Positions 35,388 through 44,824 of a stretch of DNA of 46,720 nucleotides are shown piece after piece. Within the stretch, counting starts at the first letter, position 1. Each line of letters begins with the position of its first letter. Both the position numbers and the translations under genes were made by a program. Below the pieces are notes generated by a model, which saw nothing but the letters and a program-made list of their open reading frames with translations, was not told the DNA's origin and made no database searches. The DNA comes from a virus (Duplodnaviria; Caudoviricetes): IMG/VR virus record IMGVR_UViG_3300020120_000066, positions 1-46,720 of that record, one strand, 5' to 3'.

Positions 35388-35396
35388 GACGGTCCT

Positions 35397-35864
35397 TTAT
35401 GGCGCGTTATAGTAGTAGGCGCGGATATTGAACGAATTGTTCGTCTTGGCTGTTGGCGAGACGATCGTTGCGTTCGCTCCCGGCGTCAGCGTGCGCAGCG
35501 GCACCGCAAAAATCTCATTCCATCGCTGGCAGATTGACGCCGTAGCCGCGACAGAAAACTCGAAAGACGGAGTGTTCGAAATCCCGGTCGATGTGAATAC
35601 GTCCTGATTTTCCGCCGTGCCGGTGCCGTTGGTGCAGACCTCGAAGGTAATCCCGGTGATATACGCATATTGGCCCGCGGGCGCCGTGATCGTGCATGTC
35701 GTTTGCGTGTTGACCGCCAGCGCCGTGCCGCTCGATGTGATGGCGCAGACCGACGTGGCGGCGTCAAGGTGAGTGCCGGACTGCTGCACCTGTGGCGCAG
35801 ACTGCGCAAACGCGGCGCCGGCCAGGCCGAGAAGGAAGCCGAAGGCAAGAGCAAGTCTGCGCAT
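35397..35864 (-). CDS. signal-peptide beta-rich hypothetical protein
   Basis: MRRLALAFGFLLGLAGAAFAQ; APAGQYAYITG. Confidence 0.7.
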   Translation of the reverse strand: MRRLALAFGFLLGLAGAAFAQSAPQVQQSGTHLDAATSVCAITSSGTALAVNTQTTCTITAPAGQYAYITGITFEVCTNGTGTAENQDVFTSTGISNTPSFEFSVAATASICQRWNEIFAVPLRTLTPGANATIVSPTAKTNNSFNIRAYYYNAP

Positions 35865-35884
35865 CTATCTATCTCCAAAAGGTA

Positions 35885-35930
35885 CGCCGCATTTGCGCGG
35901 CGTCAGTCGGGCTCCTACGAGAGCCCCAGG
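35885..35930 (-). terminator. intergenic hairpins (possible attenuator/terminator)
   Basis: gggctc-ctacga-gagccc and cgccgc-atttgc-gcggcg between two genes; no clear U-tract. Confidence 0.35.
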
Positions 35931-35938
35931 GGAGGAAC

Positions 35939-36565
35939 TTAGTAGTAGCTGTAGATCATATTGATGTTCAGCACCGCCGAGTTCATGGACGTATGGGCAA
36001 TGCAAAGAACTTGGTCGCTCGCCGGCACGCCCGAGTTTGAAAACACCTGTCCGGCCACCAGCGTTGCCACGCCGGTAGAGTTTGCGGCAACCGCAAACCC
36101 TGACACAAACCGCGTTGCCGAGCCCGCGTCGCCGCAGTCGACACCGCCAGTCACCGCATTGCCTGCGGTTTCCTCAATGATTATCGCCACGATGTAGGCA
36201 TAGGCGGGGAGGAACAGCGTCGAAGTCGCCGCGGTCAGATTGGCGGTGATGCCCGTCTGCAATGTCGAGAACAGGTTGGGGCCGTAGAAGAAACCCTGGC
36301 TCAGAAAGAACCCGACATCGGCGGCAGCCATGACGGCACAGCCGGCGCCATTGAGCTGGTAGGACGGTTGCGGCGATGCGGTTGAAGATGTGTTGACGAC
36401 GCGGCGCGGACCGGCCGCACCGACAACCGGCTCCGGCGCACACAGATAGGCATGCAGCGTTTGCGTAGTCGCGGCGGCGTGCGCAACATCCTTGACTGGA
36501 AGCGGCAGCGCAGCAAGAGCAAGAGCCGCCGAGGCAGCGACGATTGATTTCAGAAAGCGGGTCAT
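35939..36565 (-). CDS. signal-peptide structural protein (decoration-like)
   Basis: Signal-like N-terminus; beta-rich C-terminus LPAYAYIVAI. Confidence 0.7.
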   Translation of the reverse strand: MTRFLKSIVAASAALALAALPLPVKDVAHAAATTQTLHAYLCAPEPVVGAAGPRRVVNTSSTASPQPSYQLNGAGCAVMAAADVGFFLSQGFFYGPNLFSTLQTGITANLTAATSTLFLPAYAYIVAIIIEETAGNAVTGGVDCGDAGSATRFVSGFAVAANSTGVATLVAGQVFSNSGVPASDQVLCIAHTSMNSAVLNINMIYSYY

Positions 36566-37101
36566 GCCCTTATCTCCTGTCCGAACTGCGGATCGGCTTT
36601 AAGCGCCGCAATGAACTCCTTGTCGCCGGCAATCTGCCGGTCGACTTCGGCTTGATGGGCGTGCCCTGGCTTGACGCCAACCGGCAGGCCGCGGTTGCGC
36701 AGCTTCTCGTGACCGCGAGTGCGGGACGAGATAAACCAGCGCGGTTTTGACTGGCGGCCCTCTTCAACGGCACGAGCGTCGTTTGCCAGTGCATCGCGAG
36801 CGTTCGTCGACCAAAAGATGCGCTCGATCGCGCCGCCCATGCGCTTCTCCCAATCCTCAAATTCGCGCATCGCCACCTTGTACGCCTTGAGATCGGCTTC
36901 GTATTTTTCCAGCTCCTCGCGCCACTCGATCACTGCAAGATCGTAGTCGGGATCGCCGGCCAGGCCGACCGGCTTGGCGGGCGATGTCGGCTTTTTCGCC
37001 TTCTCCGGCCCGCAATCCCACAGCCAAACCTTCGAGTCCGCGTGAGCGTCGATCAGATTTGAGCGATAACGCGAGTATTCGCCAGTGACGATTTCGGCCA
37101 T
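36562..37101 (-). CDS. hypothetical protein
   Basis: 179-aa ORF in the head operon. Confidence 0.7.
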   Translation of the reverse strand: MAEIVTGEYSRYRSNLIDAHADSKVWLWDCGPEKAKKPTSPAKPVGLAGDPDYDLAVIEWREELEKYEADLKAYKVAMREFEDWEKRMGGAIERIFWSTNARDALANDARAVEEGRQSKPRWFISSRTRGHEKLRNRGLPVGVKPGHAHQAEVDRQIAGDKEFIAALKADPQFGQEIRA

Positions 37102-37629
37102 TTATTCCCTCGGCAGCACGGCGGCAAAGGCCGAGAAGGTGATCGAGCCGAAGGTGCCGGACACGTACAAACTAAGAAACTCAAGCGGCGTGCCTTCGTA
37201 CTCGTTGGTGAACAATAGCTCGTACTGGTACGCCTGTGGAAAACTGGTCGAGCCGGGGACCGCGGTTTCATCCGAGCTATTCGGCGGGTCCATCGCGGAG
37301 CCCTTGCCAAACTGCAACTGGCCGAGAACGTGGTTGCCCGATGCCATGCTGGCATTATTCGAACCGACCAGCGTGACCCGATACAAGTTGGAGCCGCTGA
37401 TCGTAGCCGCAGTGACGTAGATCACGACAACCGCGTCGATACGAGCTTGCTGCGGCGTGATGGTCGCGACGTTGTCGATCGAGGGCAACGTGATGGTGAT
37501 GCCCTGGTTACCACCGAGATCAACGATGGCTTGTGCGCCGCCAACCTGCGCCCAGCCGGCGGCGGCAATGGCACTGCCGCCATCGCTAAGCTGGAGATTG
37601 GCGTCGAAAGTATAATTTCTGCGAGCCAT
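37102..37629 (-). CDS. capsid cement/decoration protein (Bbp16-like)
   Basis: Directly after the major capsid gene; FDANLQLSD N-terminus; beta-rich. Confidence 0.6.
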   Translation of the reverse strand: MARRNYTFDANLQLSDGGSAIAAAGWAQVGGAQAIVDLGGNQGITITLPSIDNVATITPQQARIDAVVVIYVTAATISGSNLYRVTLVGSNNASMASGNHVLGQLQFGKGSAMDPPNSSDETAVPGSTSFPQAYQYELLFTNEYEGTPLEFLSLYVSGTFGSITFSAFAAVLPRE

Positions 37630-37647
37630 AGTCCTGTCCTCTTTGGC

Positions 37648-38601
37648 TTAGGCCACGATGGCCGCGTTCGTCCAAGACGTGAGGCGATTGAAGCAATACT
37701 TGTGCTCATCGACGATCGACACGTCCCAGGAAATGTGCGTGCGGAAGGTCTTGCGATCCTGCAGCAAGCCGACATCTTCGGGAGTGAGGTTGCGCACGTA
37801 GATGCCGCGCAGCATGCCCTCGCCGAGCGTCAACACGTAGAGCGATGCGGTGACCGCCGAGCCGCCGCCGTTGCCGACCTCGTTGAATTGCAGGATGGGC
37901 TGCTGATCGTCCTTCGGGTAGCCCCACAACAGCCTGTGCCCACCGTATGAAATCTTCGGCATGCCGACCTCATCCCAGGTCTGCATCACAAAGCCCGTCA
38001 AAGTCGTAGTGCGGGCCGCCTGAATCCACAGCGGCAGCGAGAGGAAGGGCACGAGAATGTAGGTGGTGCCTGACTTTTTGCTTACATTGTTGATCGTCTG
38101 ATCGAGGTTGAGCAAGCTCAGTGCGGCACCACCAGAGGCAGTCGAGTTGTTGAGCAACCGACCAAAATCGACCGCGCGAACATTCAAGCCATTGAACACG
38201 CGCGGATTGACGGATCGGTCGCCCTTTATGAACGTGTCGATCCAGAGGCGGGCAAAGGCGGTGATGCCCATGCGCTCCTCGTAATTTCTGCGCTCCGGGC
38301 CGTGACGGTCGACGATGGCGCGGTCGATGTCGATGTCGTGGTCGATGATCGCGGTTGCCTCGTCAAATGGCGAGATCACGCCATGCCCGGTTGAGGATGC
38401 TTCGTTGATGCCGCGGAACTGCGGAGAGGGCAGCGCGGCCTCGCGGAAGCCAACGTACTTCGACCCACGCAACCCCTCGAACGGCATGACCTCGAACACG
38501 TCCGAGTATTGCGTGAACATTTCGATGATCGTGCGACGAATATCCTCGTTCGAGAACCCTTTGGCGTACTCGGTCAGCGTCATCAGATTAGAAACGGCCA
38601 T
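37648..38601 (-). CDS. major capsid protein
   Basis: LMTLTEYAK...IIEMFTQYSDVFEVMPF...ALPSPQFRGINE...FIKGD...FNGLNVR (BPP-1-like HK97 fold). Confidence 0.85.
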   Translation of the reverse strand: MAVSNLMTLTEYAKGFSNEDIRRTIIEMFTQYSDVFEVMPFEGLRGSKYVGFREAALPSPQFRGINEASSTGHGVISPFDEATAIIDHDIDIDRAIVDRHGPERRNYEERMGITAFARLWIDTFIKGDRSVNPRVFNGLNVRAVDFGRLLNNSTASGGAALSLLNLDQTINNVSKKSGTTYILVPFLSLPLWIQAARTTTLTGFVMQTWDEVGMPKISYGGHRLLWGYPKDDQQPILQFNEVGNGGGSAVTASLYVLTLGEGMLRGIYVRNLTPEDVGLLQDRKTFRTHISWDVSIVDEHKYCFNRLTSWTNAAIVA

Positions 38602-38618
38602 TTCTCAGGTTCCCTCTA

Positions 38619-39476
38619 TCAAGCCGCAGCACCGTTGCTGCTGCGCGGGTCTTGCCACGCAGGCATCGTCGTCTGGTTGAATTGGCGCGAGTAATCGAGA
38701 CGCTGCGCTGGTGTGAGTCTTGCAATTTGCTCGGGGCTCAGTCGGCCTTGCGGCTCGGCTGGAATGCGGCCAGTGCCGGTGAACGCGGCCCCGCCCTGCG
38801 TCGTGATCTTGCCGACAAGCTTCTCCAGGATTTGCACGTCGCTTGCCGTAAACACGCGGCTCATGACCTGCTTGCCTTCGGCGGCGCCGAGATAGGCCGA
38901 GAAGAAGGTTTGCAGCGCGTTAAAACGTGCCGGGCCGGTCTCGCCGAGTTTTGCGATCTCCGCGTTGCGCGCAGCCTGGATCTGCTGCTGTGAGGCGACC
39001 TGCGAACCGGCGTAAAGGCCGAGAAACTTGGAGAATTGCTCTTGCGAGAGCCCAGCTTCGTGGGCGAGCGCGCGGGCTTGTGCAAGCAGCGGATCGGCCG
39101 AGTTCAACGCAAACGTCACGCCGTCCGGCGCCTTGAAGTCGCCCGGCAGGTCGGTCTTGTAGCCGTCGGCGTTTTGCGGCAGCGCGAGGCGCTTGGATTC
39201 GGCGGCAGCGAGCGCAGCGGCTTGTTCGTTAAACTTGCCGGACCATTCGGCAAATTTCACTTCGTTCTTTGACGAATCCCAATAGGCGTCAGGAATGCCA
39301 TCAGGACGCTTCGCCGCCGCTGTCGCCGCCGGGGGGCTCGAATTTGTACTCGGCGATGAGGGCGTCGACGGGGCTAACGTCGGAGTCGTCGAGGGCAACG
39401 CGGCGGCGGGCGCCGCGGCCGGTGCCGCCGGTGCCGCTGGATTTGCGGACGGTGAAGGTGACGCAAGCTCGGTCAT
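38619..39476 (-). CDS. capsid scaffolding protein
   Basis: Pro/Ala-rich N-terminus, RPDGIPDAYWD, AHEAGLSQEQF; upstream of the capsid gene. Confidence 0.75.
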   Translation of the reverse strand: MTELASPSPSANPAAPAAPAAAPAAALPSTTPTLAPSTPSSPSTNSSPPAATAAAKRPDGIPDAYWDSSKNEVKFAEWSGKFNEQAAALAAAESKRLALPQNADGYKTDLPGDFKAPDGVTFALNSADPLLAQARALAHEAGLSQEQFSKFLGLYAGSQVASQQQIQAARNAEIAKLGETGPARFNALQTFFSAYLGAAEGKQVMSRVFTASDVQILEKLVGKITTQGGAAFTGTGRIPAEPQGRLSPEQIARLTPAQRLDYSRQFNQTTMPAWQDPRSSNGAAA

Positions 39477-39687
39477 TCTCGCCAATACCCTCGGCCATGA
39501 GGCCCATCAGTTCGGCGGCGAGACTGCGGCGACCCTCATTAACGGGCAACGCACGTTCCGGGGCTGACGGCGTGACAACGCTCATCATGACCTTTTGCAA
39601 ATAGCGATAAAGCAACAATCCATCGAGCGTTCGCGCGACACGGTCGAGCGCGTCGGAAAGCATCGTGTCGTCGATTTCGTCGCTCAC
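39301..39687 (-). CDS. Bbp19-like conserved protein
   Basis: TLDGLLLYRYL...NEGRRSL; sits between portal and scaffold. Confidence 0.65.
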   Translation of the reverse strand: MSDEIDDTMLSDALDRVARTLDGLLLYRYLQKVMMSVVTPSAPERALPVNEGRRSLAAELMGLMAEGIGENDRACVTFTVRKSSGTGGTGRGARRRVALDDSDVSPVDALIAEYKFEPPGGDSGGEAS

Positions 39688-41273
39688 GCTGCCGGGCCTG
39701 GCGTAACATTTGGCGGCTGTCCGACATGCCGCGCGCCGGCGAGCTGTGCAATCTGACCGACCACAGCCTGCACCTGATCCTTGTTGCGGAAACTAATACC
39801 GGTGACGCGCATTTTTTCGACGATCCATTTCATCGTCTTTTCACCGTCGACAAACATTTTGAATTCTTCGGGCCAAGTACCGGCGATGATCTGCAATGCC
39901 TTGACCGCCATGCCGACCTCTTGCTGTTCGGCCGCGGCCTGCGCCGGATTGCGCGGCATTAACGCAATCGCGCGCCCGTCAACCTTGATCGGCGGCAACG
40001 TGCCGGCAATCTCAAGCAAGTGCTGGAAACGCTGGAAAATCGGCGCGCATATCTCGCGCCAGAACGGCAGGCCGGGAGTGCCGATGCGCCGCTGGGCGCG
40101 GGCCATTTCGTCGAGCCACTGACCGAGCGTCGGCGGGGTATCGCCGCGCTGTTCGGGGAAGTCGACGAAGAACAGCTTGCGCAGACTGTGCAGCTTTTCC
40201 TCGTAGGTATAATTGCCGACGTTGACGGGCGGCGGCTGGTAGATCGGCTTTACCGCGCCCTCGGTGCCGGGGCGGATCGGGTAGGCCATGCCTTCCTCGA
40301 TGCCCTGGTCGACGTTCACGAACGAGTCGTCGGGGTAGGTGATCGGCGGCTTGAATGAGAGCGCAGAGTGCTCCGTCCGCATGATTTCCAGTTCGTCGAT
40401 CTGCCGCAGCGTCGGGAGGCCCTGATAGAGTGGCCCATGACCATGCGGCCAGTCTGCGGTCGGATTGAAGCGCCCGACAATCATCGGGCACGAGCCCTCG
40501 CCCTTCAAAACCGCGTCGTGGATGAGCTTGTTTCGCAGCATCACAGTATGCTGCCAGCAAACATCGCTGCGGTCTTTCCAGATGCGCCAGAAGCCGAATA
40601 TGACCTGCGTGCGCTGGCCCGGCTTGTCGTCAAGCGATTGCTTGCTGTCCGCCGGCATCTTGTCCCATATTTCTTCGCCGATGATCTCACGCACGTAATG
40701 ATTACGGGTGTAGCGAACAGCAAACCGCGTGTCGGGTTCGCCATAGGGGCCGAGATCAAATTCAAGTTCGCGCAGCGGAATCGCCTGCACAGTGACCGGC
40801 GCGCTGATGTGCGGCCGGTCAATCCACAGCCCGCAGGTGCCGGTCGCGATGTCGGGATAAAACGCCTTGGTGACTTCGGGATAGAGATTCGAGGCTTTCA
40901 TAGCCGCAAAAATCTGCCGGTCTTGAATGGCGATTTTGTCTTTGATCTGGTCCCAAACTTCGGGCTTAAGGAACATGCCGGGTCCGCGCTCGCACCACGG
41001 ATTTGCTTCCGGCATGTAGGCGTTGACCAGCTCGGTGATGAAATCCTGCACCAGGATGAATGCCTGGTCGGTATTCAAATCGGGCGCATCGAGCATCCGC
41101 GATTGCGACGGCTGCACCATCGAACTGATTTGCCGCTGCCGGTTCGGCGCCGCAAAGTAATACATCTCCTTGAGGTCGAGCTCGATGTAGCTTTTCCATA
41201 CCCGGCAAGCTGCGAGCCGGCTGACCGCCTGTTGCTCGATTGTCTTGGTCTCGCCGGTGTCGGATTCGGCCAT
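39684..41273 (-). CDS. portal (head-tail connector) protein
   Basis: 529 aa; PMIVGRF...HGHGP...LPTLRQI (T7 gp8-like). Confidence 0.85.
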   Translation of the reverse strand: MAESDTGETKTIEQQAVSRLAACRVWKSYIELDLKEMYYFAAPNRQRQISSMVQPSQSRMLDAPDLNTDQAFILVQDFITELVNAYMPEANPWCERGPGMFLKPEVWDQIKDKIAIQDRQIFAAMKASNLYPEVTKAFYPDIATGTCGLWIDRPHISAPVTVQAIPLRELEFDLGPYGEPDTRFAVRYTRNHYVREIIGEEIWDKMPADSKQSLDDKPGQRTQVIFGFWRIWKDRSDVCWQHTVMLRNKLIHDAVLKGEGSCPMIVGRFNPTADWPHGHGPLYQGLPTLRQIDELEIMRTEHSALSFKPPITYPDDSFVNVDQGIEEGMAYPIRPGTEGAVKPIYQPPPVNVGNYTYEEKLHSLRKLFFVDFPEQRGDTPPTLGQWLDEMARAQRRIGTPGLPFWREICAPIFQRFQHLLEIAGTLPPIKVDGRAIALMPRNPAQAAAEQQEVGMAVKALQIIAGTWPEEFKMFVDGEKTMKWIVEKMRVTGISFRNKDQVQAVVGQIAQLAGARHVGQPPNVTPGPAA

Positions 41274-41509
41274 TAGGGCTTAATCCCGCCGGTCGTGACC
41301 GATACCGGCGACAGTGGCCCGTAGTTAGCGCCGGCCGCCGCGAGTTGCGCGCCGTAGCGCGCCATCAACGACGCCATGTCGCCCTGCGTCTTTTGCTGCA
41401 GCGACGACACGAGATCGTTCTGCGCCTGCGCTTCCTCAGTCTTGAGGTACGGATCGGGCGGCAACTGCGGCGGTTGCGGCGGGGTGAAAATCTGGCTGGG
41501 AAAGTCCAA
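41273..41509 (-). CDS. small hypothetical protein
   Basis: Pro-rich N-terminus; typical pre-portal small gene; TAATG overlap with portal. Confidence 0.55.
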   Translation of the reverse strand: MDFPSQIFTPPQPPQLPPDPYLKTEEAQAQNDLVSSLQQKTQGDMASLMARYGAQLAAAGANYGPLSPVSVTTGGIKP

Positions 41510-41903
41510 TCAAAATCCCTCCATTACGGAGGATTTGCCGATAAAGGCCGTCCGGTGTCAGCGCAACGCACGGCAACCCGATCACGTAGCGGATGACCGG
41601 AACGCAATAGAGCCCGGTGCGGCCAAAAAATTTGACGCCGGAGCCATGCCCGACTTTGACCAATACGCCGTGTCGAGCGGCTGCTTCCATCGCGGATTGC
41701 GACAGCAGCGCAAGCCGCAGCCGACCGAACTGCGGGTCGATATGCAGCCAGGCTTTGAATCCGGCGCAATAGCCAAAGGCGGTGACGTGCTTGAACCGAC
41801 CGATCGGGAGAGCGTTGATGATCTTGCTTTGTGTCGTTTCGTGAAATGCAACAAACCATTGCGAGGGCTCGATCGCGCTCGGTGGGAAGCGAACCTCGCC
41901 CAT
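41436..41903 (-). CDS. hypothetical protein, possible permuted papain-like fold
   Basis: FKHV...LYCV...LTPDGLY (His before Cys, TPxxL). Confidence 0.55.
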   Translation of the reverse strand: MGEVRFPPSAIEPSQWFVAFHETTQSKIINALPIGRFKHVTAFGYCAGFKAWLHIDPQFGRLRLALLSQSAMEAAARHGVLVKVGHGSGVKFFGRTGLYCVPVIRYVIGLPCVALTPDGLYRQILRNGGILIGLSQPDFHPAATAAVAARSVPQD

Positions 41904-41904
41904 G

Positions 41905-43413
41905 TCAGGCCATGACCCTCCGCATGCTGCGGCGCCCGTGGTAAATTTTCATCGGTTTCAATTCGGCCAGCGGCACTTTGCCGACCATGCGCCGGCCCTC
42001 GCCGAGCCCGATGCACAGGTATTGCAGCGCGTCGCACAGGTGCGAGTACTTGTCCTTCTTCGGACGCATTTCGCCGTCGTCCTCTTTCACCAAGTGATAC
42101 CGCCCGGCCATGCCGACGATCAGCGCCCGGCAGGCCGGCGAGATCAACAGCCGCGGCTGCCCTCGTGGATTGTCGTTGAGCACATAGGCCACGGCCTCCG
42201 TGCGCTCCTCGATCGCACCATCGCTGTTGTTCATTTTCAGAGGTGCCGGCGCAATCGGCATGCCGAACGAGCGGAATACGCTCTGGAAACTCTCATCGTT
42301 GACCTGCGATTTGTGGGTAATTGCCGGGTCGCCGACAAAGCGCGCCGTGTAGCCGGGGTAATGCGCGGCCAGAAACTTCTTGATCCGCGGCGCAAAGCGA
42401 TGCGCTGGCTCGTTGAATCCCAAAATCTCGTATTGGATGCAAATCCGCTGGTTGACCTCTTGCGCAAAGAGAGCGGCCGGATAGACGCGGCCAGCGTCGA
42501 ATGCGACCTGGACATCGACGCCCTCGACCGGCTTTAGCATTTCTCTCGCAACGTGGAGCTCGCGCATGAATTGCGGCCAAACCGGCGCGCCGTCGACGAC
42601 GAGCGCGACGCGGTTCATCAATCGCGAGTCAATCCAGGCTTTCGACGCGGCGCCGACGATCTGTTCGTCGTAGTAGTGCGGCGGCAAGTATTTGAGATTT
42701 TCGGCCTTCGGATTAACCTCATAGCCGATGATATTGCCGCGCTCGTCACGCTGCTCAATGAGCGCCGGCGGCTGCATGTAGAAGCCCCACGACTCGGGCC
42801 AGCGATAGCTTGCGATCTCGTCTTGCGTCAAACCGATCGGCAACTCGACCTGTCCGGTCATCATTGCCAGCCAATGATCCTCGTCCGGCGCGTTGGTGTC
42901 GGCAATAACGCCGCCCCACGGATTAGGGCCGCCGTGCTCTGCCGATGGATAGCGAATGCGCGTGCGGGCCTCGTCAAACAATTCGCGCAGCGCAATAAAG
43001 CCAAGCTCGTTAAACGCAATGCCGGTGTATTCCGTCGAACGCAGCTTGCGAACGTCCTCCTCCTTGTCGAGCGATAGAAAATCGACCTCCATATCGACAT
43101 CGGCAAATTTAATCCGGTGCTGCATAACCGCGCCCCAAGTAAAGCGCCCATAAACACTCTCGGGGAACGTCTCAAGCCAAGTGCGGATCGTCGAGCGGCG
43201 CAGGTCGGGATAGGTGTTGCGCACGACGGCAAACCGGCTGTGCCGCATCCCGTCGATCGGAGATTTCACCTGCTCCTGCGCATGCCGCATGATGCGGATG
43301 CAAAGCGCCTTGGTCTTGCCGGAACCGAGCGGCCCCTGAATGACATCAACGCGCTTGTTCGACGTGACGAAATCGGCGACCTTGGTCCCGGCAATGAAGT
43401 CAAACTCGCTCAC
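41905..43413 (-). CDS. terL: terminase large subunit
   Basis: Walker A IQGPLGSGKT, VVRNTYPDL, DTNAP, nuclease AFDAG and HLCDALQY. Confidence 0.92.
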   Translation of the reverse strand: MSEFDFIAGTKVADFVTSNKRVDVIQGPLGSGKTKALCIRIMRHAQEQVKSPIDGMRHSRFAVVRNTYPDLRRSTIRTWLETFPESVYGRFTWGAVMQHRIKFADVDMEVDFLSLDKEEDVRKLRSTEYTGIAFNELGFIALRELFDEARTRIRYPSAEHGGPNPWGGVIADTNAPDEDHWLAMMTGQVELPIGLTQDEIASYRWPESWGFYMQPPALIEQRDERGNIIGYEVNPKAENLKYLPPHYYDEQIVGAASKAWIDSRLMNRVALVVDGAPVWPQFMRELHVAREMLKPVEGVDVQVAFDAGRVYPAALFAQEVNQRICIQYEILGFNEPAHRFAPRIKKFLAAHYPGYTARFVGDPAITHKSQVNDESFQSVFRSFGMPIAPAPLKMNNSDGAIEERTEAVAYVLNDNPRGQPRLLISPACRALIVGMAGRYHLVKEDDGEMRPKKDKYSHLCDALQYLCIGLGEGRRMVGKVPLAELKPMKIYHGRRSMRRVMA

Positions 43414-43997
43414 CCAATAAGCCTCGCCTCCCTGGTGGCGACCATGCGCGCCCGCGCCGCCAGGAGGATTTGCAAAATCTTGGCGTCAGCCTTGTCCTCG
43501 GCCTTGTCCGTATCCGAGGCCGCCTCGTAGGCGCCGGTGTAGAGATCGGGCGGGACAGTCTCAGGGCTCAACCGCTGCGCTTCGTCCTCGGCAACGTAGG
43601 TCCCCCACTCCCTTTCGTATTCGTCAATCTCGTCGTCCGTCCAGCCGTCGAGCATCATCTGATAGTGCTCGTAGCCTTCCGCCCACCAATGCGCCGAGTT
43701 CCGGTTCGGCCCGACCCAATAGGCCGTGCCGAGGCGCGTCATCAGCCACCATTCCATACCCTCGTGCGCGGACACGTACTTGTCGACGCACACCCCCATC
43801 TTGAACCGCTCCGGCACCCCTTCGTCGACGTAGGTCATGGCGCCGTCCATTGAGCGGCCGGCCCCATAAGGCACCAGAAACTTGCGCGACACGATCCCGG
43901 TCCCTTGGCCAAGGAAATGCTGCAGTCCAGGATAGCGCTGGATCAGCCGGACAAGCGGCCCGACCGGCGCCGCTTCGGTGGTGTGGCCGCTACTCAT
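43410..43997 (-). CDS. hypothetical protein with HExxE-like motif
   Basis: AHEGMEW...AHWWA..YEH; GTGA overlap with terL. Confidence 0.65.
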   Translation of the reverse strand: MSSGHTTEAAPVGPLVRLIQRYPGLQHFLGQGTGIVSRKFLVPYGAGRSMDGAMTYVDEGVPERFKMGVCVDKYVSAHEGMEWWLMTRLGTAYWVGPNRNSAHWWAEGYEHYQMMLDGWTDDEIDEYEREWGTYVAEDEAQRLSPETVPPDLYTGAYEAASDTDKAEDKADAKILQILLAARARMVATREARLIG

Positions 43998-44047
43998 CGG
44001 TTTTACTCCTGCTATGGCCCCTCCTGCTCATTTCCAGCTCGGCATGG

Positions 44048-44215
44048 CTAGGCGTGGATAATAAAGCCGAAGGCGTGCCAGCCGAGGAGAAACAAGAGAA
44101 CAAAAAACAAAAATTCGCTGGCATAGACGTAAGTCGTGTAAGGCCCCCACCTCGTCCCGAGCCAGGAAACTATCCATAGAACCATCAACACCCAAAACAA
44201 AAGACCTATCGACAT
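44048..44215 (-). CDS. small two-TM membrane protein (55 aa)
   Basis: Read by hand: MSIGLLFWVLMVLWIVSWLGTRWGPYTTYVYASEFLFFVLLFLLGWHAFGFIIHA; GGAGG RBS. Confidence 0.7.
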   Translation of the reverse strand: MSIGLLFWVLMVLWIVSWLGTRWGPYTTYVYASEFLFFVLLFLLGWHAFGFIIHA

Positions 44216-44224
44216 GACAGCCTC

Positions 44225-44566
44225 CTACTTCCAGCGCCCGCCGGCGGCCTTGCTGGCATGCCGTATCGGGTGCATCACCTTGCCGCCAAATCCTTCCGTG
44301 TCCCAACGTGGCCGTTCCTCGCGCAGCTCGCGCAGCGGCCCGCCGTGCTCGCGCCGCTCAGCCGCCGCACTTTCCCGAACCTTGCCGCCGTAGCCACCGT
44401 GGTGGAACCCGCCGGCATTGTCGTGCGACCTAATCTTGCCGCCGCGCTCAGCGCCCTTGATCTTCCCCTTGTTGATCGAGGCGTAAAACACGCTGTCGCC
44501 CTTTTTCCCGCCGTATTCCGACCGCATCGCGGTCCTGATCTTTTGGCCTTTTTTCGTCAGCGGCAT
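44225..44566 (-). CDS. basic conserved phage protein
   Basis: MPLTKKGQKIRTAMRSEYGGKKGDSVFYASINKG; AGGAG RBS. Confidence 0.75.
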   Translation of the reverse strand: MPLTKKGQKIRTAMRSEYGGKKGDSVFYASINKGKIKGAERGGKIRSHDNAGGFHHGGYGGKVRESAAAERREHGGPLRELREERPRWDTEGFGGKVMHPIRHASKAAGGRWK

Positions 44567-44569
44567 TGG

Positions 44570-44611
44570 CTTCGCTCCTTCTCAAGATCACTTCGTTCCT
44601 TCTCAAGATCG
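44570..44611. repeat. 21-bp tandem duplication containing an RBS
   Basis: cttcgctccttctcaagatca / cttcgttccttctcaagatcg. Confidence 0.8.
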
Positions 44612-44629
44612 CGAGATAGCGGCGTCGCA

Positions 44630-44824
44630 TCAGCGACACACGGACCCTTTGCGGCGGCGGAACAGCCGGCACCAGCAATCCTCGCCGATGTCGCCAGCCA
44701 CCAGATCGCATCTGCCGAGTTCGTTTATGCCCTCGACAAAATGCACGCACGCGCCACAATGATCGCCGCCTAGCGAGTAATCGACCGATGCCTTGGCCCG
44801 CTTGCCGGGCTCAACTTCATCCAT
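44630..44824 (-). CDS. HiPIP-like iron-sulfur protein (64 aa)
   Basis: KASVDY...CGACVHF...C.LVAGDI...WC.LF, a four-Cys HiPIP-type pattern. Confidence 0.65.
   Translation of the reverse strand: MDEVEPGKRAKASVDYSLGGDHCGACVHFVEGINELGRCDLVAGDIGEDCWCRLFRRRKGSVCR

Noticed and set aside
24973-38601. Diversity-generating retroelement, suggested by the BPP-1-like head genes
   Set aside because: I saw no reverse transcriptase ORF and no TR/VR pair differing at adenines.
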